A stretch of 64,000 bases of DNA from an uncultured Rikenellaceae bacterium (GCA_964634565.1 CAZWLP010000004.1:21921-85920), one strand, 5' to 3'; positions 19,801-28,770 are shown, counted from the first letter of the stretch. The notes: generated from the letters alone by a model not told the origin. Translations and numbers: made by a program.

Positions 19801-20322
19801 ATCAAAAAAATATATATTGCCATTGTCAGATATTGTAGGGTAACCAGCTCCCTTGAATTGTTCGCCCAGGAAGCATGGCTCACTCCATTTGCCGTCTGTC
19901 CTTTCAGATTTCCAGATATAAAATTCTCCTCCAACGGAATCTGCGGGATTCAATGGTTTGTTTGAAGTGAATACAAGAGTATTTCCATCGCCTGAGAAAG
20001 TAAATTCTTCGAAATAATATCCTGAGAAGAAGGCTGTCTCAGGTCTTGTCCAACCCAGGGCAGTCAGGTGAGTATAAAAGACCGTTGATCGAGGAACACC
20101 TCTAATCTGGAAATAGCATTCAGTTCCCTCCTTAATGAAACTAATCATTCTTTCATCAAAGGGCCCTGAGATAATATCTGGTGCAAATAATCTGGACTGT
20201 TCTCCCGGATATGTTAATCCGAAATATGGTTCTTTCCTGACATGCCACATAATATCTGCTTCAGTCTCCTGTCCTGAGTAGCAAATAAATAATAGCATTA
20301 AGATCTGAAAACTTGTAATCAT
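16867..20322 (-). CDS. Large secreted multi-propeller protein with many PD40 (TolB-like WD40-like) repeats
   Basis: 1151-aa ORF. PD40 signatures recur along the whole length: DPAISPDGSVLIFFSDRPGG, DPAISSDGSILVFASNRNGG, CPAISPDGKYLFFNR, DPFIAPDESYLIFSSDRNG, ISISPDGRYAYFRS. Confidence 0.75.
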   Translation of the reverse strand: MITSFQILMLLFICYSGQETEADIMWHVRKEPYFGLTYPGEQSRLFAPDIISGPFDERMISFIKEGTECYFQIRGVPRSTVFYTHLTALGWTRPETAFFSGYYFEEFTFSGDGNTLVFTSNKPLNPADSVGGEFYIWKSERTDGKWSEPCFLGEQFKGAGYPTISDNGNIYFFDNREEGSGREDIYISEYKNGKYQSPYCLGQEINSRNNEVDPFIAPDESYLIFSSDRNGKGGLFISYKNGENWTKPCYMGDDIGSGESICPSVSSDGRFLFFTSRRKKHSLPDNERITYPVKTKTLNCPVNGSNNIYWVSSDIINRIRPGKCKTEVFKPGIISVENRNEGNLSHSSKYNTFIYRVFSPDKKDPLKLITYSKRGSSEISNQNISIDSEYREWDFNFDRTGKQFYFTSDRPMESNNSESITNSKIWKAAYRNGIWGEPFPLPPPVNLDGSFSGYPSFTDNDLMYFHSNRSEGQGGDDIYRCISAKNSFTQLLNQPYPINTEFNDRDPAISPDGSVLIFFSDRPGGSYPDGDLYICSSNNKAGWNRPMPLGSLIGYAGHPYISDDGSTLFITRQSGSDTDIYKVSLEGILKQYSRFLYLNPITKPELISREIISTEDDEIPLYLSDSFMVFSRTPEGFSDWLNEPIYISHCIDKEWSIPLRLTNSNGSWVRYLPPASIKGRLAFSQQITKANGVSDLDINICDFISPDSINLICPGYPVNTEFTDSWPVLDQEFNLCFFSNRPGGQGDLDLYYSIPEDSHYSSVINMGYPINTRWREHDPAISSDGSILVFASNRNGGYGGDDLYFCYRLEDESWSAPFNLGPEINSEWDENRPVISKDGRSIYFACNRSENLDIYSFKFNYPLRYQQNINYLEEEKPDSIARIFAEDILKNTINIAFTPDGEELFFTCDADSNNTGDILRIRKINKRWTNSEPAPFNSQYTDNDISISPDGRYAYFRSWRPLEGKSPEESVSYIWFSEKNNGHWSEPSPVSFNGQFLQAGYPSAASSGNLYFPKVTDRERGFGDLYYLKREGKLFTRIISLDNDPENLFNEGDMCISPDESYAITSCWERPDTTTGGRSDLYISFRNSDGNWSRLINMGPEINSELMENCPAISPDGKYLFFNRYDGKEAHAYWISIKSINKLKTKYFDEE

Positions 20323-20333
20323 TGCTTATAAAT

Positions 20334-21293
20334 TCAATAAATTTTATCGGTACTTATATAGTATATATTCCCATTAGCTGGTTCTTTTAGCCAGCTCTCG
20401 ACCACATCCATATATTTTTTTGCTGTTTTTGAAGCAGGTAAATATGCTATATCCTGCCTGTTAAAGTATAGGGTCTTCATATCCGGGCTCACAGAGGGAA
20501 ACCTTTCTGCCTTTCCACTGTTTATTATTTCAGGCAGTCTTTTTGCTTTGCTCCATCTACCATCGCTCTTTTTGTAACTTAAATAGAGTCCGTCAAGTTC
20601 CCCCAGTCCCATCCTTCCGAATACTATAAAACTCTCATCTGCTGAAATATAGGGACAATAATCAATTGCATCTGAATTAATACTGTCACCGGCGTTAATC
20701 GGTTCTGAATACCCCTTTTCAGTTCTGTTCTGAAAATATATATCCGCATCATCTCTTCCTTTCTCAAAAGATGCCCAGCCAAAGAGTGTGCCTGAGGACG
20801 ACATCGAGTAGGCCCAGAGATCATTATGAAACAGGTTATTCAGAGAGGGTTTTTTCCACTGTTGATCTTCTCTTTCAGCCTTCCAGTGTCTGAAAGAGGG
20901 TAATGGATTATCTCCCGGGTTATCAGGTCTCCATGACATAAAGTAGACTGTGTTACCATCCGGGGAGAAAACTGGATATTCGTCCCTGTATCTGCCAGAG
21001 AAGGGCACAACCTCTGGCGAATCATCATCAGAAGAGTTAGTTTTTAATTGTAATATTATTTTTTGCCCATTTAATGAAATTGTCCACAAGAAAATATCAT
21101 TGGATGGAGAGAAGACAGGGGCACCGTGCTCATGCATACCTGTTGATACTTTGCCTGGCATAAGAATCGCCGGGATAGTATTGCCTGTTTCTATGCTCTC
21201 TGTTTTTGAATAGTCTGTTTTACATGAACTTGATATACAAATAAGAGGCAGAATAGCCAAAGCATACCTAACAATTACATGTAATGAATTCAT
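20334..21293 (-). CDS. PD40-repeat (TolB-like) lipoprotein
   Basis: 319-aa ORF with lipobox LICISSSC. PD40 motifs are PVFSPDGNTVYFMSWR and PSVSPDMKTLYFNR. It lies 11 nt upstream of the 1151-aa gene. Confidence 0.65.
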   Translation of the reverse strand: MNSLHVIVRYALAILPLICISSSCKTDYSKTESIETGNTIPAILMPGKVSTGMHEHGAPVFSPSNDIFLWTISLNGQKIILQLKTNSSDDDSPEVVPFSGRYRDEYPVFSPDGNTVYFMSWRPDNPGDNPLPSFRHWKAEREDQQWKKPSLNNLFHNDLWAYSMSSSGTLFGWASFEKGRDDADIYFQNRTEKGYSEPINAGDSINSDAIDYCPYISADESFIVFGRMGLGELDGLYLSYKKSDGRWSKAKRLPEIINSGKAERFPSVSPDMKTLYFNRQDIAYLPASKTAKKYMDVVESWLKEPANGNIYYISTDKIY

Positions 21294-21600
21294 TTACTAT
21301 ATTTTTGACAAGGATATTTAACATTTATTTCACTCCAGCAGTTTTATTGAAATAATCGACATACTATTAAGAAAAATCTATAAAAACATATTTTTTGTTT
21401 ATTTGTAGAAAAACAGAGTGATCTTGTCGATTATTTTCGGGATATATCGTTAAGTTATAAACTATAAGGTTATTTGTGGAAGATTTTAGAGCCCATATAG
21501 CCAGTGTTAATTATATGGCGTACTTTAACATATAAAATCAGAGTAATTGATATTTTGGTAATTAAACAATTAAGTAACTTAGGGTCTTAAATTTCTTGAA

Positions 21601-22647
21601 TTGTCAGCTAAAGAGAAAACAAAATTATTTTATAAAGAGGGGCCAAAAAGGATTCTTAAGCATATCTTATTTTGGTTCTCGATATTGACGTTTTTCACCT
21701 TATTCGGATTAGCAATAAATGATAATGGTTTATGGTATTCTTTTAAAATAAATATTATTTTTCTTCCTCAGGATATCTTTCTGGTATATATTATTCTGTT
21801 TCTTGTTATCCCCAGGCTCTATCTTAAGAAAAGGCCCTTTCTTTTTGTTCTGTCACTTATTGCGGTCTTTTCGCTAAATCTGATTTTCAGTTTTTTGGTC
21901 GATGGGTATGTTGCACCGGCTGTAGGAGTTGAGATTGAGGATGTTGTTCTTGCTAAGCGCTTACTCTCAAGCATATTGACTTTTACATTTATTGCCAGTA
22001 TAGCCAGTATCCTTAAACTGATTGATATTAATAACATTATTCTAATGAATAAGGAGATTGCGGAATCAAAGTTTCACAATGCTGAAATAGCCCTGCTCAG
22101 ATCTCAGATAAACCCACACTTTCTGTTTAATGTTTTTAATAATATTGATGAATTAATATATAAAGACAGGGATAAGGCTTCTGATACTCTTGCATTTTTG
22201 TCTGATTCGCTGAGATATGTATTACAGGAGTCAGATAAAGAACTTGTCCCTGTAAAAGAGGAAATTAAGTTTATCAGATCCTATCTCGAGGTTGCTTCGA
22301 TAAGTTTCAATGACCCCGACTTTATTTTGTTTAATGTTAAGGATGAGATGACTGAAGTTTTTGTTGCCCCCATGATTTTTATTCCCTTTATCGAGAACTG
22401 TGTAAAGCATTGTAACAGGAAAGCTCAGTCGCCGGGAATAGAAATAGAAATAGGATATCAGCCACACTATATTAGCCTGTATTGTTGTAACAGGATTAAG
22501 GATGGTAAGCCAGGTGCTGATCCAAATGGAGGATATGGATTAGTAAACGCAAAGAAAAGACTGGATCTGATATATAAGGACAATTATGTTCTTAACATTG
22601 ATAATGATGGCAACAGTTTTAGTATTGATCTTAAAATCTCTTTATAA
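21601..22647 (+). CDS. Sensor histidine kinase, LytS/YehU-type (His_kinase + HATPase_c), multi-TM N-terminus
   Basis: 348-aa ORF with a TTG start as given by the track and no in-frame ATG nearby. H-box is LRSQINPHFLFNVFNNI. ATPase motifs are PMIFIPFIENCVKH and GYGLVNAKKRLDLIY. Confidence 0.8.
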   Translation: MSAKEKTKLFYKEGPKRILKHILFWFSILTFFTLFGLAINDNGLWYSFKINIIFLPQDIFLVYIILFLVIPRLYLKKRPFLFVLSLIAVFSLNLIFSFLVDGYVAPAVGVEIEDVVLAKRLLSSILTFTFIASIASILKLIDINNIILMNKEIAESKFHNAEIALLRSQINPHFLFNVFNNIDELIYKDRDKASDTLAFLSDSLRYVLQESDKELVPVKEEIKFIRSYLEVASISFNDPDFILFNVKDEMTEVFVAPMIFIPFIENCVKHCNRKAQSPGIEIEIGYQPHYISLYCCNRIKDGKPGADPNGGYGLVNAKKRLDLIYKDNYVLNIDNDGNSFSIDLKISL

Positions 22648-23381
22648 TGATTCTGAAAGCTATAGCCATAGATGATGAAATACTTGCTCTTCATAAGATT
22701 GAAAGGTACTGCAAACAGCTTGAAATGGTTTCCCTGATCAGAAAAATTGATAACCCTGCTGATGCTTTATATTATTTAAAGCATCATAAGATCGACCTTA
22801 TTTTTCTGGATATTCATATGGATGGTATGTCGGGAATCGAACTTTTAAATCAGATGGAGAGTAAGCCTCTTGTAATAATGACAACAGCATTTTCTCAATA
22901 CTCATTAAAAGCTTTTGATCTGGAAGTCATAGATTATTTATTAAAACCAATACGTTTTGAAAGGTTTGAGAAAGCAGTAAAGAAGGCTTTTGAGAGGAAA
23001 TTACTTGAAGAAGCATATGAGGGACATTTTAAGGATAGTAATTCTGATGATCGTGATTATATTTTTGTAAAAAGTGGAAGAAAGACGCATAAGGTTTTAA
23101 TAGACGAGATATTGTATATAGAAGGAATGAAGGATTACCTGTCAATTTCCACTTTTACCAGGAAGTATATGGTTTTGAAGGTGTTCGACGATATGTTAAA
23201 AGATCTGCCCGGAGATAAGTTTTTTAGAGTTCACAGATCTTTTATTGTGGCTTTAGACAAGGTTGATATACATGAGGCCAATAAGCTTTTTATTAATAAT
23301 AGAGAGATCCCTGTTGGCGGGACCTACAAAAGGAAATTTGAGGAGGTGTTTTTAAATCATATCAGAAGCAAGGTCAAATAG
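22647..23381 (+). CDS. LytR/AlgR-family response regulator (receiver + LytTR DNA-binding domain)
   Basis: Receiver motif is DLIFLDIHMDGMSGIELL. LytTR motif is FFRVHRSFIVAL. The start overlaps the HK stop (TAATG). Confidence 0.9.
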   Translation: MILKAIAIDDEILALHKIERYCKQLEMVSLIRKIDNPADALYYLKHHKIDLIFLDIHMDGMSGIELLNQMESKPLVIMTTAFSQYSLKAFDLEVIDYLLKPIRFERFEKAVKKAFERKLLEEAYEGHFKDSNSDDRDYIFVKSGRKTHKVLIDEILYIEGMKDYLSISTFTRKYMVLKVFDDMLKDLPGDKFFRVHRSFIVALDKVDIHEANKLFINNREIPVGGTYKRKFEEVFLNHIRSKVK

Positions 23382-23450
23382 GGCTGTCTGTTTCGATTTG
23401 ATTAAATATATTTATTGGTTTGTTCAACCAGGCTCAGCAAACGATTATCT

Positions 23451-25808
23451 ATGATAAATATCCGTCTTTCATTTAGATCTCTGATTAGAGGAAAATTGTA
23501 TTTTTTCCTTAACCTTGCAGGCTTATCAATAGCATTCGCTATTTCATTCTTTATAATATCTTATATTTTAAGAGAATATTCAATAAACCGACATTTTACA
23601 AATTACAATAGAATTGCAAGGGTACTGACAGTAAAGAAAACTTTTGGGTGGACCGAACCGAGTGCTTCATATCCGCTACACCTGGCTCTGAAGAAAAACA
23701 TTCCCGGCATAGAAGCTGCAACTCCGCTAAGAAGATTCAGATCATTTTTAATTGAGAATGATAAGGATGATTTAAGAGTCAGATCTGCATATGCAGCGAG
23801 CAGTGATTTTTTTAAAGTCTTCACCCCCGATATTATATTCGGAGATCCGACTCAATTTTTTGAAGATCCAAACTCAGTTGTAATAACAAGGAGCCTGGCA
23901 GAAAGAATATTTGGAGAACTTCCGGCCCAGGGGGCCAATCTTATTGTTAGCCTGGGATCAAATAGAATAAATATGACGGTAGGTGGACTTATCGAAGACT
24001 TTCCGGAGACTTCATCAATAAGACCGGAACTTATCGGATCTGTCGATTTACTGAAATACGAATTTCCGGAAGGATCTTTCTACGGTGACTATTCAGATGC
24101 CTGGCAGAAGGATCTCTTTAGTGAATTTATTCTTATCAGACCCGATGCTGATTTAGATGATATAGTTTCTGCAATGAGTTTATTTTCGAGTGAAATGCCG
24201 GAAGGTTACGATTATTTATTTACTCTTCAGCCTATGAAAAGGCTTCATCTGTTTTCTACTGACTATGTTAATGACGGTGGAAAGGGTGATATTAAATTTG
24301 TAATACTTTTTGGTGCTGTAGGAATACTTATTCTGATAATTGCTATAAGTAATTACATAATTCTGTCTATCGGGTCTTCAAACAGAAGAATTCCGGAGAT
24401 TTCAATTAGAAAGATATTTGGTGCCAGAACTTCTGCAATCAGGTTTTATGTCTTAATGGAATCTATATCGATATGTTTACTGAGTGTGCCAGCAGCATAC
24501 CTTATTACAATATTTTCATCAGAAGCTGTTGAAGAGTTGTTTAATATTGATATGCAGCTTGTGGGAGAAGAAAAATTTATACTGTTTATTCTGGTAGCGT
24601 TGCTTGTTATATTTACAGGTATATTATCTGGGGCCTATCTGGCAAGTAAACTGGGTAATACGTCTCCCTTAGAAGTGTTGGGAGTAAAAAGTGCGGGTGG
24701 CAGGGGTAGGTCTCTTTATAAAATTCTGATTACAGTGCAGATAATTATATTTGTTTCATTATTGTCATCTGCCTTTATAGTCCTCCGACAACTAAACTAT
24801 TCTAAAAATATTGATCCGGGATTTAACTCGGAGAACCTTATTATTGGTGAGTTTCCTTCAGGTATAATAAGCGATTTCGAAGCTTTCAGGTATGAACTGC
24901 AAAAGAACCCGAATATTATTGATTTAAGTTTCGGAGCAGTACTGCCACCTACTCAGAGCGCAATGGTGTCGGTTATGAGACCACCTGATGGAGGACAGGA
25001 GATAAGCTTTGAAGGTGTATCTGCAGATTTTAATTTTATTAATACATCGGGGATTGAGATTATAGCAGGCAGAGGATTTGATAAAAATCTGGCGAGTGAT
25101 TCCTCAGCCATGCTTATTAATGAAACCCTGGCTCTAAATCTTGGAATTGATGGAAATACATTTGATGCTTTTGAGAGGCTGCCGAATATAATTGGAATAG
25201 TTAAGGATTTCCAGATTCATTCCATCAGGGAAGATATTCCTCCCTTAACCATTCAGATATCGAAGCCCAGATATATAAGTAGTTTTATGGTGAAATACAG
25301 ACCCGGGACCATGAATGAGATTATTGATTTTATTGAAGGTGTCTTTAAGGATATTCAGGCAGAAAAATTATCAATTATAAGTTATGAGGAGGCCGTATCA
25401 AACTTTTATGGAAGGGAAGCACGGCTGGGTACAATTGTAAGTGTTTTTGGCACTATAGCTCTTCTTGTGGCTATGCTGGGAGTTTTTGGTCTTTCACTAT
25501 TTCTGACTAACGAGCTAAGATACGATACAGCTATATACAGGGTCTTTGGTGCTTCTTCAAAAAGGATAGTACTTCTTAACCTCTGGCGCTATCTTTTTTA
25601 TATCGGACTGGGTAATATTATTTCCATCCCGCTGGTAATAATATTTATGTCAAGATGGTTGCAGCAGTTTGCCGAAAGAATAAGCATCGGTCCCTGGGTG
25701 TTTATCAGTACTTTTTTAATTTCAGCACTGGTGTTTCTTGCTACCACATTGTTTAATACTCTCAGGCTGGCCTATATTAATCCTGCACAGAACCTGCGTC
25801 AGGATTAG
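23451..25808 (+). CDS. Double FtsX/MacB-type ABC transporter permease (paralog 1 of 5)
   Basis: The ATG at 23451 gives MINIRLSFRSLIRGKLYFFLNLAGLSIAF, a typical FtsX N-terminus. Topology is TM, large loop, 3 TM, repeated twice. The C-terminus is INPAQNLRQD. Confidence 0.85.
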   Translation: MINIRLSFRSLIRGKLYFFLNLAGLSIAFAISFFIISYILREYSINRHFTNYNRIARVLTVKKTFGWTEPSASYPLHLALKKNIPGIEAATPLRRFRSFLIENDKDDLRVRSAYAASSDFFKVFTPDIIFGDPTQFFEDPNSVVITRSLAERIFGELPAQGANLIVSLGSNRINMTVGGLIEDFPETSSIRPELIGSVDLLKYEFPEGSFYGDYSDAWQKDLFSEFILIRPDADLDDIVSAMSLFSSEMPEGYDYLFTLQPMKRLHLFSTDYVNDGGKGDIKFVILFGAVGILILIIAISNYIILSIGSSNRRIPEISIRKIFGARTSAIRFYVLMESISICLLSVPAAYLITIFSSEAVEELFNIDMQLVGEEKFILFILVALLVIFTGILSGAYLASKLGNTSPLEVLGVKSAGGRGRSLYKILITVQIIIFVSLLSSAFIVLRQLNYSKNIDPGFNSENLIIGEFPSGIISDFEAFRYELQKNPNIIDLSFGAVLPPTQSAMVSVMRPPDGGQEISFEGVSADFNFINTSGIEIIAGRGFDKNLASDSSAMLINETLALNLGIDGNTFDAFERLPNIIGIVKDFQIHSIREDIPPLTIQISKPRYISSFMVKYRPGTMNEIIDFIEGVFKDIQAEKLSIISYEEAVSNFYGREARLGTIVSVFGTIALLVAMLGVFGLSLFLTNELRYDTAIYRVFGASSKRIVLLNLWRYLFYIGLGNIISIPLVIIFMSRWLQQFAERISIGPWVFISTFLISALVFLATTLFNTLRLAYINPAQNLRQD

Positions 25809-25939
25809 GCTTATGCGTGAGATAAAAATAAATTATGAGTTAATCTGTCTTATTAATTTTCTGTCGGAAAATCCTACACTATATTTGGAAGCTTAGGATT
25901 TCTTTCCGTCCTTTATAGGTCTAAGTGATAAAAAAAATC

Positions 25940-27313
25940 ATGAAAAACAAGGCCAGGATACTGATAGTAGATGATAATCGTGAATTGCTTGCAGCACTCA
26001 GACTTTGTCTAACTCCGTATTTTGATTCTATTGAATTACTTCATGATCCAAACCGGCTTTTGAGCCTTCTGAAAGATAAGTCCTTTGATCTTGTTCTTCT
26101 GGATATGAATTTCAGTCCCGGCAAGACCACAGGCAATGAGGGGATCTACTGGCTAAGCAGAATCAGGGAAATAGATCCTTCAACAGGTGTGGTTCTGATT
26201 ACTGCCTATGGTGATATTTCACTGGCTGTCAGGTCTGTGAGGGAGGGAGCTATCGACTTTATACTAAAGAGCTGGGATGAGAGCAAGATCGTTTCGACCG
26301 TCCTGTCGGCAATGAAGATTCAGGAATCGCAGGCACAGATTAAAAAATTGCAGGATAAAGGGCGTCAGCTAAAAAGTGATATAGATGACCAGAACAGGCT
26401 TTATTATGGAAACTCATCGGCCATGAAGGATGTAAAGCATATGATTGAGAAGGTTGCTGCTACCGAGGCTAATGTTATGATCCTGGGAGAGAATGGCACG
26501 GGCAAGGAGCTGGTCGCCAGAGAAATACACAGGCTGTCATCCAGATCAGATGATATTTTCGTAAAGATCGACCTTGGAGCAGTCTCAGAAAGCCTCTTTG
26601 AAAGTGAACTGTTTGGTTATAGAAAAGGTGCATTTACTGATGCAAAAGAGGATAGATCTGGACGACTGGAAGTGGCTTCGGGCGGTACTGTTTTTCTTGA
26701 TGAAATAGGGAACCTGAGTCTTGATATGCAGGCAAAGCTACTTAGTGTACTACAAAACAGGGAAATAGTCAGGTTGGGTGATCATAAAACAGTACCGATA
26801 GATATCCGGATTATATCTGCAACTAACAAGGATCTGTACTCAGCTGTTGATGAAATGATTTTCAGGGAGGATCTGTTCTACAGGTTGAATACCATTATTA
26901 TTAATCTCCCTGCCCTCAGGGAGAGAAAGGAGGATATACTATTTCTCGCAAATAAATTCCTTGTGGAATTAAATAAGATTTATAACAGGAATGTTGTATT
27001 ATCGGATGAGGCGATCAAGTATATTACTAATTACGGGTGGCCTGGTAATGTCAGGGAACTTAAGCATATTATAGAAAAAGGTATTATACTGACCGAGAAT
27101 AAGAAGATAAATGTTTCAGATCTAAGGACAGGATACTCAAGGAAGATGGTACCTGATACGAAATCATTTAAGCTGGATGACCATGAGAAAAGAATTATTG
27201 AGTCTGCTCTTGAAACCTTTAGCTGGAATATAAGCAGAGCTGCAAAAGAACTTGGAATAAACAGATCTACTCTTTATGAAAAAATAACAAGATATGAGAT
27301 CTCAAAGAATTGA
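25940..27313 (+). CDS. Sigma-54-dependent response regulator (NtrC family: receiver + AAA+ + Fis-type HTH)
   Basis: Receiver is ILIVDDNRE...LLDMNF. Walker A is GENGTGKE. ESELFGY and GAFTDA (a GAFTGA variant) are present. HTH is RAAKELGINRSTLYEKI. Confidence 0.9.
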   Translation: MKNKARILIVDDNRELLAALRLCLTPYFDSIELLHDPNRLLSLLKDKSFDLVLLDMNFSPGKTTGNEGIYWLSRIREIDPSTGVVLITAYGDISLAVRSVREGAIDFILKSWDESKIVSTVLSAMKIQESQAQIKKLQDKGRQLKSDIDDQNRLYYGNSSAMKDVKHMIEKVAATEANVMILGENGTGKELVAREIHRLSSRSDDIFVKIDLGAVSESLFESELFGYRKGAFTDAKEDRSGRLEVASGGTVFLDEIGNLSLDMQAKLLSVLQNREIVRLGDHKTVPIDIRIISATNKDLYSAVDEMIFREDLFYRLNTIIINLPALRERKEDILFLANKFLVELNKIYNRNVVLSDEAIKYITNYGWPGNVRELKHIIEKGIILTENKKINVSDLRTGYSRKMVPDTKSFKLDDHEKRIIESALETFSWNISRAAKELGINRSTLYEKITRYEISKN

Positions 27314-28685
27314 CCTGGTTGTGCTTTTGCAGGTACTGTTACTTGCATCCACACCTGTAATATTTTCTATGACTCTGGGTAATGATGTTCTTGTTGTAAC
27401 AAGGATTGGTCTTTGTGTAATCTGGTGTTTTCAGATTATTTTTCTCTATCGTTATCTCAAAAGATCAGAAAACAGGCTCAGGCAGGCAGTTCAGATTATA
27501 AGCAGTGGAGAGGAGTACCAGGAGTTGGGCAAGAGAGGTTTATCGAGCGTTCATGAAGATTTGCTCGACGAGATAAATAAAGCCATTTCTATTTTCAGTA
27601 ATTTAAAAATAGAGAAGGAAGCCAATCTTCTCTTCTTCCAGGAGGTGATGGAGAATGTTCCTGCCGGAGTAATTGTTATGAACTCAAATGAAAACTTCGA
27701 CTTTGTTAATAGGGCTGCGTCTCAGATTTTAGGTCTTGATAATTACCTCTGTCTCTATGATATGGAGAAGGTCAGACCTGGCTTAAGCTATTGGTTAAGA
27801 GAAATTAAGGGTGGTCATAATGTTATAGATATTAACTATTCCAGCAGATCACTCAGGCTATCTGTTTCAGTAAGAGAAATAAAGGTGCGAGGTGACAACT
27901 TAAAAATATTCTCTCTTAAAGATATAAAAAGAGAGGTAGATACAAAAGAGATGGAAACCTGGCATAATATGCTCAGAATATTATCCCATGAGGTTGTTAA
28001 CTCAGTAAGCCCGATTACTTTGTCGGCAAACAGTATGAAAAGAAATCTGGCAGAGCTTAAAAAGATTATAACTGATAATATTAAGTACGAAAGGATTCTG
28101 GCAGATATTGATGACGGACTATCTGCAATAAGTGAAAGAGGAAGAGGGCTGAACGAATTTGTTGAGTCGATGCGTGAAATAACAAAAATTCCTGATCCTG
28201 TTCTTAATACAATTTCGCTGCGTAAACTTGTAAGTGAATCACTCGACATAATGCGAATGAACCTTCAGGATAATCATATAAAACTAGAAGAAGAGCTCGA
28301 AGATATTAGTCTGGATGTTGACAGGAGACTATTTAATCATGTTCTGATAAACCTTGTTAAGAACTGTATTGAATCCTATACAGACCAGGCAACTAAAGTT
28401 ATCAGGATAAGAGGAAGGAAGAATGAGGACAGTGTTATTATCCAGGTTGAAGATAATGGTCCAGGTATTCCCGCAGACCTTCAAAACCAGATATTCTCAC
28501 CCTTTTTTAGTACAAAGACTGATGGCTCAGGACTGGGATTAAGTTTTTCACGCAGGGTGGTGGAAATGCATGATGGTGATATTAGTTTCTGGTCAGAACC
28601 GGGCAGTACAATCTTTACCCTTACCCTGCCTGAAAAACGCAACAGGACTGAAACTACTTATTTAGGATATGACAGAATTGTATGA
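27294..28685 (+). CDS. Sensor histidine kinase (2 TM with minimal loop, PAS, HisKA, HATPase_c); partner of the sigma-54 regulator
   Basis: H-box is LSHEVVNSVSPI. ATPase motifs are DNGPGIP and GSGLGLSFSRRVVEMHDG. It overlaps the RR gene by 20 nt. Confidence 0.85.
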   Translation: MRSQRIDLVVLLQVLLLASTPVIFSMTLGNDVLVVTRIGLCVIWCFQIIFLYRYLKRSENRLRQAVQIISSGEEYQELGKRGLSSVHEDLLDEINKAISIFSNLKIEKEANLLFFQEVMENVPAGVIVMNSNENFDFVNRAASQILGLDNYLCLYDMEKVRPGLSYWLREIKGGHNVIDINYSSRSLRLSVSVREIKVRGDNLKIFSLKDIKREVDTKEMETWHNMLRILSHEVVNSVSPITLSANSMKRNLAELKKIITDNIKYERILADIDDGLSAISERGRGLNEFVESMREITKIPDPVLNTISLRKLVSESLDIMRMNLQDNHIKLEEELEDISLDVDRRLFNHVLINLVKNCIESYTDQATKVIRIRGRKNEDSVIIQVEDNGPGIPADLQNQIFSPFFSTKTDGSGLGLSFSRRVVEMHDGDISFWSEPGSTIFTLTLPEKRNRTETTYLGYDRIV

Positions 28686-28770
28686 TTTTCCAACATATAT
28701 GTTGAATAAGCCGTCATAAAGTATTCTGATATAATTATATAACGTACATAAAATCAGTACATTAAATATA

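Noticed and set aside
21350-21436. Idea that inverted repeats in the large intergenic gaps (here and at 57723-57781 and 57914-57958) flank invertible promoters, as in Bacteroides phase variation
   Set aside because: The repeats are only 9-11 bp with 25-65 bp spacers, much smaller than known invertible promoter segments. No site-specific recombinase gene is present in the window.
27836-28249. 137-aa antisense ORF inside the histidine kinase gene; also 31510-31923 inside FtsX paralog 3 and 33893-34475 inside paralog 4
   Set aside because: These are shadow ORFs opposite strongly supported genes. Their Ser/Leu/Ile-rich composition mirrors the codon bias of the sense strand, and they carry no motifs.
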